This document shows, piece after piece, positions 1 to 8,080 of a stretch of DNA of 64,000 bases. This DNA comes from Candidatus Margulisiibacteriota bacterium. GTDB taxonomy: Bacteria; Margulisbacteria; Riflemargulisbacteria; GWF2-39-127. The stretch spans positions 2,965 through 66,964 of the forward strand of contig QKMY01000020.1 of NCBI GenBank assembly GCA_003242895.1. The letters are read 5' to 3'. Numbering within the stretch: the first letter of the stretch is position 1; each line of letters starts with the position of its first letter. Made by a program: the position numbers and the translations under genes. The notes beneath the pieces are model-generated. The model had not been told where the DNA came from. It saw nothing but the letters and a program-made list of their open reading frames with translations, and searched no databases.

Positions 1-296
1 GGGTTTTTTCTGCAATAATTGATAATATTCCCTACACAGTAACCATGGTTCCTCTAATAAACGAGTTGAAAGCAAGTATGGATGTATATCCCCTCTGGTG
101 GAGCCTTTCTCTCGGGGCATGCTTAGGTGGTAATGCCACCATCATCGGTGCTGCGGCAAATGTAATCATTGCTGAATCGGCTCATGCGTTCGGCTGTAAG
201 ATTTCTTTTTGGCGATTCCTGAAATACGGACTATTAATAACCTTTATTTCCTTTGTTATTAGTTCAATATTCTTATATATAAGATTTTTCCAATAA
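1..296 (+). CDS. C-terminal fragment of a polytopic ion-transporter permease (ArsB/NhaD/CitMHS-like); the 5' end lies outside the window
   Basis: The open frame runs from the window edge. The hydrophobic C-terminus (GACLGGNATIIGAAANVIIAESAH, then a further TM segment) is typical of the ArsB/NhaD permease superfamily. Confidence 0.45.
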   Translation, partial: VFSAIIDNIPYTVTMVPLINELKASMDVYPLWWSLSLGACLGGNATIIGAAANVIIAESAHAFGCKISFWRFLKYGLLITFISFVISSIFLYIRFFQ

Positions 297-466
297 CCAG
301 GAAATTAATAAAACAGCTTACCAGAAAATAGTTTTTGATATAAAACAAGTAATTCCAGCACCGCAAATACCAACACGGTCTAAAGAATAGCTCGTTAACA
401 GTAAGCTATTAGTCTTTATAGATGTTGTTTCTTATTGAAATACCAGATCGATTTATGGGTAAAGCA

Positions 467-1234
467 TTAATAAACAGGAATATTCTGTTTGAACATCTCG
501 GCAATAATATTCTCCATCGAGTATAGGCCAGCGGGCTGATTAACAAGCCATTTTGACGCAAATATTGCTCCCTGACCAAATACCGCACGATTAAAACTCT
601 CATGAACAAGGCGCATCGTTTGGTTGGGTAGTCCAAAAATGATTTCGTGACGGCCTACAATACCGCCAACTCGAATTGAATTAATATGTTCTTGTTCGCT
701 CAAGTTAAGTGCTTTAGCTATTTTCTTTGCTGTACCGGATACTTCTTTCTTTTCCCTGAAGTGTTCCTCAACGATTTCAATATCAGCATGCGGCGCAATT
801 TTCTGAAGAATTTGTCCAGCAATTAACAGCACATTAACCCCAAGAGTAATATTGGGAGAATATAAAACCGGTGTTTGTGAACTTAATGATTTAAGCAGAT
901 CAAGGTCTTGCTGTTCGTACTTCGAGATGGCTGATACAATCCTTGTTCCCTGGTAAGCTGCTGGGGCATAGGAATAGATCCCAGTGGAACTGGAGAAATC
1001 AATAATAAGATCGGTATGATTTTTTACGTAGAAATCCTCAGTAATATCATCTATGGAATAAATCTCTCCACGGTCGAATTCAAAGCCAAGTAATCGGCTG
1101 GCATATTTGTGATTATCAGTACGACTCTCGCGGATGACCCATGAAAGGTGAAACTCATCGCTTTTTAAGAATTCTCCGGCAACAAGTCTGCCTGTTTTTC
1201 CAAAACCAAATACTCCCACAGTTAGTTTTTTCAT
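467..1234 (-). CDS. dapB: 4-hydroxy-tetrahydrodipicolinate reductase
   Basis: N-terminal GxGxxG Rossmann motif (VGVFGFGKTGR). DapB signature E-x-H-F-x-x-K-x-E-x-SGTA (EEHFREKKEVSGTAKKIA). C-terminal RVGGIVGRHEIIFG...ESFNRAVFGQGA block. The 255-aa length fits DapB. Confidence 0.8.
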   Translation of the reverse strand: MKKLTVGVFGFGKTGRLVAGEFLKSDEFHLSWVIRESRTDNHKYASRLLGFEFDRGEIYSIDDITEDFYVKNHTDLIIDFSSSTGIYSYAPAAYQGTRIVSAISKYEQQDLDLLKSLSSQTPVLYSPNITLGVNVLLIAGQILQKIAPHADIEIVEEHFREKKEVSGTAKKIAKALNLSEQEHINSIRVGGIVGRHEIIFGLPNQTMRLVHESFNRAVFGQGAIFASKWLVNQPAGLYSMENIIAEMFKQNIPVY

Positions 1235-1289
1235 TTATGCTCTCCTCGAAAATTATATTGCTTCCCAGATATTAGCAAGCATAAAAAAA

Positions 1290-1329
1290 GACCACTATCA
1301 AAACATAAAAATATGTTTTGATAGTGGCC
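1290..1329 (-). terminator. Perfect 16-bp inverted repeat (CCACTATCAAAACATA-aaaa-TATGTTTTGATAGTGG) followed by a U-run on the minus strand; an intrinsic-terminator-like element or operator in the dapB/sodC divergent region
   Basis: Seen directly: left arm 1292-1307, loop 1308-1311, right arm 1312-1327. A run of seven A on the plus strand (1283-1289) gives a U7 tract 3' of the hairpin on the minus strand. Confidence 0.35.
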
Positions 1330-1584
1330 CGCCTATCTTCTATTATCCTTCAGAGTTAATTTGTGGATGAACTCTGAACCCACTTTTATGATATTTTACC
1401 GGATTGAATTTGTCAAATCCTGCGACTGACGAAATCAACATTAATAACCCTGGCTCAATTTACTTTTTTTATGAACTGCGTATAATGCGTGCCAGGGAGG
1501 TGATGACACCTGAACACCAATACTTTTTTAGTCCGTAACCCTTCCTACCGGGGTATCGTTTACTTTTATACGAGGAGGAACTTT

Positions 1585-2148
1585 ATGAAACAGCCTATTA
1601 TGCAATGTATGCTTTTATTTTTAGGAATATTCCTTATAACAGCCTGCACAAGACAGGCAAGTGTAAAAACAGTTGAGCCTAATGCTGCAGCGTTTATTAA
1701 TCCTGCAAACAAGAGCAAGGTAACTGGATTACTCTCGTTCAGACAGACGGACAATGGTGTTAGAATTAGCGGAACAATAACTGGGCTAACACCTGGGGTT
1801 CACGGTATCCACATCCATGAGTATGGCACCTGCAATGCAGATGCAAGTGCCGCGGGAGGTCATTTCAATCCAAACAAATCCCAGCATGGTTCTCCAGCTT
1901 CAAAGAGCAGACATGCCGGGGACCTTGGCAATATAACTGCTAACCAGAAAGGTGTCGCCTCAGTCAATACTATTGGCAAACACATCTCATTAGGAGGCAA
2001 TAATAACGTTATTGGGCGTGCCATCGTTATTCATGAACGGGCAGACGATTATATAACCCAACCCTCAGGTAACTCAGGAAAACCTATAGGTTGTGGAACT
2101 ATCGGAATAGCAAAACAACGAGAACAGTCCAATGCGAAAGCAAAATAA
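1585..2148 (+). CDS. sodC: Cu/Zn superoxide dismutase, lipoprotein form
   Basis: Signal peptide with lipobox (LITAC). Cu/Zn-binding His cluster (GVHGIHIHEYGTC, GGHFNP, HAGDLGNI) and C-terminal GRAIVIHERADD...GNSGKPIGCGTIG, all canonical SodC. RBS GAGGAGG upstream. Confidence 0.9.
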   Translation: MKQPIMQCMLLFLGIFLITACTRQASVKTVEPNAAAFINPANKSKVTGLLSFRQTDNGVRISGTITGLTPGVHGIHIHEYGTCNADASAAGGHFNPNKSQHGSPASKSRHAGDLGNITANQKGVASVNTIGKHISLGGNNNVIGRAIVIHERADDYITQPSGNSGKPIGCGTIGIAKQREQSNAKAK

Positions 2149-2548
2149 AAAAGAGGACAGACCGCAGATTTTATTCTCATCAAAAGCTCAAAAGAACTCT
2201 CCGGGTTCAAAGCCTATAAGGGATTGACAGAATTCGCACTCATTTATTATGATATGAATGGGTCTGGTATATGCGTTGCAAAATGCTCCGAAAATTAAAC
2301 ATAATCGACTATCGGGACTCTACCAAAACTAAGCTTTGAGTCGCAGTTTTTTGTTTCTGTCACAACTAAAAAATCGTTACTATTATTTCTATAGAGCAAA
2401 AGGAGGTGTCACAATTAATAGCGTTTTTTAGCTCGGATACTGCAAGAAATAACAAAACAGCTAAAAAGCAATAAACGTATTGATTGTGACATCGTCAGTA
2501 GACAACGGACAATATTATTTGTTACGAGATTAAGCATGGAGGATAAAT

Positions 2549-3256
2549 ATGTATAGAAAAATTATTATAACAGCCTTAGTATTAACTTTTGCACTATCAA
2601 ACTATGGTTTCAGCGCAACAAGGACGTATCAGAAAGTTACCAGAAAAGCAGTCGAAATATTACCAAAAACGACAACAACAAAAACACCCTATCTTACTCA
2701 GGATATAAAAACAAATACTGCCCCCGCTAAACCACCGACAAAAGAAGAGCCTAAAAAAGAGGTAATACAAGAAGTTGCAGATGTTAAAGATCCAATTCCA
2801 GCACAACCAGTTGTAGTTAAGAGTGTTCGTGATCCATTGCCGGATTTTCAACTTGGACTCAGAATCGGCGCGATTGCTCCAGCATTTGGTATAATTGCGG
2901 ACGCTACTGTGCTTCCGGTTGTTTTATCTGATACTACAGCATTGTTTACTCGAATTAGTGTCGGTACTGCCCAAGATGGCAGTACTAGCTCGACGGTAGC
3001 TTATATCACTGAGCTCGTCAGGTTCAAGAAATCGAAAGACCCAATGGCGTTCTACGCAGGTGCTGGAATCAATCTTCCTTTTGCCTCCGGAGCAAATGCC
3101 GGGTATAACATTGTATTAGGAGTAGAAAGAAGTATATCGTTTTTAGATATGAAAAATGAAGCTGTCTTCCTGGAAACGGGACTAAACAGTTTTAAAGCAA
3201 AAAATGTCGAAAAATCGATGCTGAACTTCCTTGGCGGATATAAGTTTTCATTCTAA
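2549..3256 (+). CDS. Secreted hypothetical protein: signal peptide, Pro/Lys/Thr-rich linker, and a C-terminal beta-rich domain ending in an aromatic residue (putative small OM beta-barrel)
   Basis: N-terminal signal peptide. The C-terminal ...LNFLGGYKFSF matches the terminal-Phe signature of BAM-dependent OMPs. Alternating hydrophobic residues in the last ~150 aa. Confidence 0.45.
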   Translation: MYRKIIITALVLTFALSNYGFSATRTYQKVTRKAVEILPKTTTTKTPYLTQDIKTNTAPAKPPTKEEPKKEVIQEVADVKDPIPAQPVVVKSVRDPLPDFQLGLRIGAIAPAFGIIADATVLPVVLSDTTALFTRISVGTAQDGSTSSTVAYITELVRFKKSKDPMAFYAGAGINLPFASGANAGYNIVLGVERSISFLDMKNEAVFLETGLNSFKAKNVEKSMLNFLGGYKFSF

Positions 3257-3263
3257 CTTTCAT

Positions 3264-3300
3264 GAGGCACTGAGGACATTTCCCGGTGCCTCTATTTCTT
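3264..3300 (+). terminator. Rho-independent terminator downstream of the 2549-3256 gene
   Basis: GAGGCAC (3264-3270) pairs with GTGCCTC (3286-3292), followed by the T-rich TATTTCTT. Confidence 0.5.
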
Positions 3301-3438
3301 ATCTGGCAGAAACGATTATCTTACATTGAAGTGCATCAAAAAACCTGCTTCTTCGCGGGCGGTTAGGACGTTTGCTTATTCACCCGGCAATTATTAGCTC
3401 ATTTTCTATTTCTGTAGTATATGTTACTATTATAATTC

Positions 3439-4185
3439 ATGAAAAAGCATAAAGTTATTAATTTCTCTGCATTTAGCAAAAAAGAAAATCTCTTGAGAGA
3501 ACTTCTGGCAACTTCTCCTTTCTCAAAAGCTGCCTATCAAAAAATAGACGAATTGACCAAAGAAGCTGATATTGACAATTTTCTTACCATTAAATTAAAA
3601 TCGGCAAGCATAGACTCCATAGACTTAATCGGCTTTATTATAGAATCTTATGGAAAAGTACCGGCATCTCTGTCTCTGACCGACTATCTTAATAACGAAA
3701 CCTATAGCTATTACCAAAAACACAGAGTTTACAAAATGGCGGAATTCTTTAAGCTTTCAGAGATTGCCGAGCCAAAAAAATCACCCCGTTATGAGCCGGG
3801 AAATGACATAAAAAAAACCAGTTTGCTCGAAATGCTCGATATCTCAGAACAAGGAGATATGCAAGCTGCCAGCGTCGTCAATACTCTTCTCGATTCTGCA
3901 AAGGCCCAAATACTGGACATGATCGACTATATTGGTAATTTCGACGATCCCCGAACTTTTAATCTATTAAAATTTTTTGGGGTTGATTCAGATAATGATA
4001 TAAAAATATCTGCGATTTCGCAGCTGGGCTTTATTAAAAACAAACAATCATTAGCCTATTTAGCTAACTTTTTAGAGACTTCCGGTGACAATAAGGACAT
4101 TGAGTTAGCTTGTATACAGTCTTTGCAGAAAATTGTTTATTCAAGGGAAATAGACCTCTCTTCGGTTACCCCCTACCTCGAATAG
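3439..4185 (+). CDS. Hypothetical protein with C-terminal HEAT-like (PBS-lyase type) repeats
   Basis: Repeating A..AL..LG...A...L motifs (ISAISQLGFIKNKQSLAYLANFLETSGDNKDIELACIQSLQKI). No signal peptide. Its 3' end overlaps the convergent smpB by 20 nt. Confidence 0.45.
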   Translation: MKKHKVINFSAFSKKENLLRELLATSPFSKAAYQKIDELTKEADIDNFLTIKLKSASIDSIDLIGFIIESYGKVPASLSLTDYLNNETYSYYQKHRVYKMAEFFKLSEIAEPKKSPRYEPGNDIKKTSLLEMLDISEQGDMQAASVVNTLLDSAKAQILDMIDYIGNFDDPRTFNLLKFFGVDSDNDIKISAISQLGFIKNKQSLAYLANFLETSGDNKDIELACIQSLQKIVYSREIDLSSVTPYLE

Positions 4186-4630
4186 CTCTTTCTATCTCCT
4201 TATCGCTATCTTTCTTTTTCATATCTTCGCGTTTATCATAGAGCTTCTTAGCTTTGCAAAGTGCAAGGTCTACTTTTACTTTGTTCCCTTTCCAGTGTAG
4301 ATTGAGAGGAATAAGCGTAAGTCCTTTTTCTTTAATTTTCCCAAATAATTTTCTTATTTCGTTACTATGAAGAAGCAACTTTCTTTCTCTTGCCGGAGGT
4401 GGATTAAACATGTTTCCCTGTTCATAAGGATTAACATGCATGTTAGTAATCCAGACTTCGCCATTCACTACCCGGGCGAAACTATCGTTAAGGTTCACCT
4501 GATGATGCCGAATGGACTTTACCTCAGTTCCAGAAAGTACAATACCGGCTTCGTACGTCTCAATTATCGAATAATTAAACCGGGCTTTACGATTATCAGT
4601 AATAAGATACGGTGTTTTCTTGTCGTTCAT
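4166..4630 (-). CDS. smpB: SsrA-binding protein SmpB
   Basis: NRKARFNY...EAGIVLSGTEVKS...NGEVWITNMHVNPYEQG...RERKLLLHSNEIRKL...EKGLTLIPLNLHWKGNKVKVDLALCKAKKLYDKR matches the SmpB family throughout. Start chosen at internal Met (MNDKKTPYL...) to give the usual ~155 aa. Confidence 0.85.
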   Translation of the reverse strand: MNDKKTPYLITDNRKARFNYSIIETYEAGIVLSGTEVKSIRHHQVNLNDSFARVVNGEVWITNMHVNPYEQGNMFNPPPARERKLLLHSNEIRKLFGKIKEKGLTLIPLNLHWKGNKVKVDLALCKAKKLYDKREDMKKKDSDKEIERAIRGRG

Positions 4631-4760
4631 ATACACTCTACCATGCCAGGGAAATTGTCTGGTCTTAATACATTGTATCCCAACTATACTACTATACATC
4701 AAAAATTGACAATATCATTTTAAAAATGCTACTATTCTTTATAGTTCAGAGGAAACCGGA

Positions 4761-5334
4761 CATGAAAAAATATCTATCAATCTTAATTAGCCTACTAATC
4801 AGCATATTATTATTACTGTCGCTCTCATCTTGCTCTAACGTACAAAGCCAGGTAACTCCCAGGTTGCAAGGGTTTGACCAGATACCTGCACAGGTAGATC
4901 TGCTTGCTGATGACGGCAAATTTGTAAAAACCGAACTTCCGGCTGTGAATATAAAGGCCGAGGTGAATACGCCTTCTAATCCTTTAAGCATAATACGGAC
5001 AGAGAACCTCCCGGGAATAACAATAACCTCATACAAAGTCAAACTCTCCTACCAGAATACAACACTTTCTTCCACACCAATCCCCGAATACTCAACAAAA
5101 ACTACAGTATATATTAAACCAAATGAGACCGTAAAGTTTTCTTTTCCATTCTTCAATGACCAACAGTGGAAATTGATCCTAAATACTTATGCTGTAAACA
5201 ACCTGTCAGATCAGAGTGTTTATAGTTGGTTTATCGGGGTAAATGCTTCTATAACATTCTATGGACATGACGATGCCGGAAATGACTTTGAGATCCCAGG
5301 GTCATTTACTGCATCCTTTGGAAATATATACTAA
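4761..5334 (+). CDS. Hypothetical lipoprotein
   Basis: Signal peptide with lipobox LSLSSC. No recognisable domain. Start moved to MKKYLSIL. Confidence 0.45.
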
Positions 5335-5515
5335 TTAGCTCTGTCTCCGAAAAAATCTCAACAATAACAAACTCGAGTAAACGCCTCTTAGATTTCATAT
5401 CCGACAAGCATCCGAACTACATCCATGATATAATAACAAATGGATCAAATGCCTTGTATAGCTTAGCGTAGACGAAAATACGATAGCTATGGGCCTGATT
5501 ATATAATAAGGGGCA

Positions 5516-5830
5516 ATGGAGCTAGTAATGGACATATATTATTTTATGATACAAGCTGAACCATTAGATTGTAATACTGAAAAAGCACAACATTTAGGGG
5601 CATACGTGAATTGCTGGGTAAAAGCTGAGAATAGTGATAGCGCAATTGAACAGGCCTGCGGATATATTAATAATGAAGAATGGAAGCCGCTTAAAGTTGA
5701 AGAACACTTTATTCCAGAGAGAGCCGAGTACTTAGAACAAGGGCTTGAAGCCTCTTTAAAATGCTATGATCAGGCGGTTGAAGAAGGCATTAGTGGAATA
5801 TTTTACTGTTACACTGAAGAAGACTGCTAA
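5516..5830 (+). CDS. Small acidic Cys-containing hypothetical protein
   Basis: 104-aa ORF, no signal peptide, 7 Cys, highly acidic. No recognisable family. Confidence 0.3.
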   Translation: MELVMDIYYFMIQAEPLDCNTEKAQHLGAYVNCWVKAENSDSAIEQACGYINNEEWKPLKVEEHFIPERAEYLEQGLEASLKCYDQAVEEGISGIFYCYTEEDC

Positions 5831-5840
5831 TTTCAATACC

Positions 5841-7175
5841 TTACCTGGCGGCAGCTGAAGCTAGATTTGATGCGCCAGGAGAATAATTCAAATAGTTGTC
5901 TACCGCTATAACATAGAAGCTGTAGACTTGGCCTGAATTTAACCCGGTTATTATATAAGGACCTGCCTTTATCACGGTTTCATCTCTTAGGAGCTGATAC
6001 GTACCACCTATCAAACAATACAATCGATATCCTGCAAGGTCCCTCTCGGAGTTCCCATTCCAGGATAAAATAATTGAGCCTGTATCTATTCCGGTTCCAG
6101 CAGAAAGTCCAGTAACATTAACAGGCGACTGATTATTAGTATAATAACGCTGACACATCACGCTCTCGTTACCGGAAAAATCATACGAACTTATCCGATA
6201 CCAATAATCACTGTTTGGTGCTGTCGTGGCATCTAAATAGGAAGTGTGTCCAGTTTTTCCAATATAATGGTACACCCCTTCATAATTGGAATCACCATCT
6301 GCTCTGTAGACCTTATATCCGGCAATATCAGTCTCTCCGTTTTCAGCCCAGGATAGCATCATAGTTGAATTAACCGGGCTATATCCGCGAACCCCCAAAC
6401 TTGCAGGAATTGCTGGAGCAATATTATCTAAGGAACTTACGGTCCCTGATTGTAAGGACTCTTTTCCATCTTTCGAGATAGCTGTGATCTTATACCAATA
6501 CTGAACTCCAATCCCCCGGTCAGTATAGGTCGTAGTGTTCGCTGACACTTCTTGATACCGAGTATTGAATGGCCCGGCCTCTGCTATTGACCGATATATT
6601 CTATAGCCGGACAAATTATTCCCTATCGCACTTCCATCCATGTAGGTTGTAACAGCGTTCCAGGTAAGAATAATTTCGGCTATCTGGGTGTTAACATAAA
6701 TGCCGGCAGGAATTGCAGGAGTAATCGTCGGATCAACGGTAACCGGCTGCTGATATGCACCAGAATTGTTGTTCTGGTTATTATTATTGTTATTATTCTG
6801 GGTTACATTGCTTGTCGGGTAATTGATATAAAATAGCCAGGAATATCCGGACTCATCAGTACCGTCACTCACTTTTGCTGTAATTGATATAATATCGCTA
6901 TTTCCAGTGAAGTTAGGCGCCGTCCAACTTACAGACGTTGTATTCGTTGCCGAAAGCATTCCCGCTGAGCATTCCCATAAGTAAGTAAGGCTATCGCCAT
7001 TAGCATCAGTGGCGGCAAAATTCAATGAGACCCCCTGTCCATCAATAACGTAGAGATTTGGTTTGGCAACACTAATTATTATCGGAGCGGTATTTCCTGA
7101 GCTTTTTGTTATTTGACCGCAACCAGTTACCGTTAACAACAGAATCGCACATAAAAGATACCAGTATAACTTCAT
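5841..7175 (-). CDS. Surface lipoprotein with tandem fibronectin-type-III-like repeats and a poly-Asn/Gln linker
   Basis: Lipobox LTVTGC. Three repeats each carrying a W..Y(R/K)(I/V/L)YR motif (YRIYRS, YKVYRADG, YRLYC) typical of Fn3 modules. NNNNNNNQNNN low-complexity linker. Confidence 0.55.
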   Translation of the reverse strand: MKLYWYLLCAILLLTVTGCGQITKSSGNTAPIIISVAKPNLYVIDGQGVSLNFAATDANGDSLTYLWECSAGMLSATNTTSVSWTAPNFTGNSDIISITAKVSDGTDESGYSWLFYINYPTSNVTQNNNNNNNQNNNSGAYQQPVTVDPTITPAIPAGIYVNTQIAEIILTWNAVTTYMDGSAIGNNLSGYRIYRSIAEAGPFNTRYQEVSANTTTYTDRGIGVQYWYKITAISKDGKESLQSGTVSSLDNIAPAIPASLGVRGYSPVNSTMMLSWAENGETDIAGYKVYRADGDSNYEGVYHYIGKTGHTSYLDATTAPNSDYWYRISSYDFSGNESVMCQRYYTNNQSPVNVTGLSAGTGIDTGSIILSWNGNSERDLAGYRLYCLIGGTYQLLRDETVIKAGPYIITGLNSGQVYSFYVIAVDNYLNYSPGASNLASAAAR

Positions 7176-7308
7176 ATACTATCCTTTTTTGCATCAGATA
7201 ATAGAATATAATTGGGATGAACGCCCTTTTCTCTTAATCATAACAAAAGTAAAAATATTAATCAAATAATATGAATGGGTGAGCCAATTCGATGCGTTAG
7301 CGAAGGCT

Positions 7309-8076
7309 CTACAAAGGATTTATTTTTCCGCAGACATTATCAGGAATCCAGCCGTTAAAACCATTATCAAGCGTTATTCTCGTCCAGCCGGAATTGGTTT
7401 CTTTGACAATCGAAAACTTAAATCCTTCATGGACCACGAAAAGTGTCTGGAAGCTCTCGCCCGGACCGCTTCGAACGTCCACTTTTTCTGTAAGGACTAT
7501 TCCTCGAAGTATATCTGAATAACTGACGTATTTAAAAGAAAACCAGAGACTTGAGAGAATAAATAACGGAATAATGGCATAATAGTAAGTCAATTGTACT
7601 CTATGGTTATTCCGATTATTGATAAACACCAGAGCACCCACTAAAAAACTGATTGCCGCCAGCCAGAAAACCCATGAGACTTCATTCATACTGAAATACG
7701 CTAGCGTTGTTCGAAGCAACATAGTACCGAATGAATTCGTCGGTTCAACCTTATCTATTACTTTGCTCTGAGCAATCAGCAGATTATCTTTAATATCCTT
7801 GTCCCTAGGTGCGAGCAGCAACGCCTTTTCATAATAAAGGATCGATTTCCCTATATTTCCTTGTTTATAAAAAGTATTACCGAGATTATAAAACAAACCT
7901 GCATTCTTGATACCGTAGTTATCTGCCAATTCAAGGTATAATTGTCCCGCCTTGCCATAATCCTGACTTTTGTAATAATCATTCGCAGTTTTAAACGTGG
8001 CAGTTGCATCGGCAAATACACAATTGGTTGCAGTAACCATCAAAAACAGAATAAAAAGAAAAGAGAACTTTTTCAT
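7309..8076 (-). CDS. batE: BatE-like aerotolerance protein (TPR repeats + TM + C-terminal SH3b domain)
   Basis: Signal peptide, TPR motifs (YYKSQDYGKAGQLY...FYNLGNTFYKQGNIGKSILYYEKALLL), a TM segment, and C-terminal SH3-like GWTRITLDNGFNGWIP. Last gene of the Bat operon. Confidence 0.65.
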   Translation of the reverse strand: MKKFSFLFILFLMVTATNCVFADATATFKTANDYYKSQDYGKAGQLYLELADNYGIKNAGLFYNLGNTFYKQGNIGKSILYYEKALLLAPRDKDIKDNLLIAQSKVIDKVEPTNSFGTMLLRTTLAYFSMNEVSWVFWLAAISFLVGALVFINNRNNHRVQLTYYYAIIPLFILSSLWFSFKYVSYSDILRGIVLTEKVDVRSGPGESFQTLFVVHEGFKFSIVKETNSGWTRITLDNGFNGWIPDNVCGKINPL

Positions 8077-8080
8077 AACA

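Noticed and set aside
2660-2851. Many 60-120-aa ORFs in the six-frame track lying antisense or out of frame inside strong CDSs (e.g. 2660-2851, 4367-4723, 4746-5042, 7279-7518, 7942-8211, 8763-8999, 9083-9436, 9804-10099, 10914-11489, 15000-15401, 15471-15719, 35062-35676, 36670-37197, 39404-39742, 50275-51021, 51691-52419, 53478-53930, 54267-55145).
   Set aside because: They are embedded in or overlap well-supported genes with clear family signatures. They have no RBS, and their low-complexity or Cys/Ser/Arg-rich composition is typical of antisense translation artefacts.
4100-5500. Searched around smpB for an ssrA (tmRNA) gene, and the whole window for tRNA-like GGTTCGAATCC / T-loop sequences.
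   Set aside because: No tRNA-like or tmRNA-like 3' ends (GGTTCGANTCC...CCA) were found by eye in any intergenic region. ssrA must lie elsewhere.
6770-6810. Tract of repeated AAT/AAC/GTT codons that looked like a microsatellite or possible frameshift site.
   Set aside because: It is in frame and encodes the NNNNNNNQNNN linker of the Fn3 lipoprotein. The reading frame is continuous across it.
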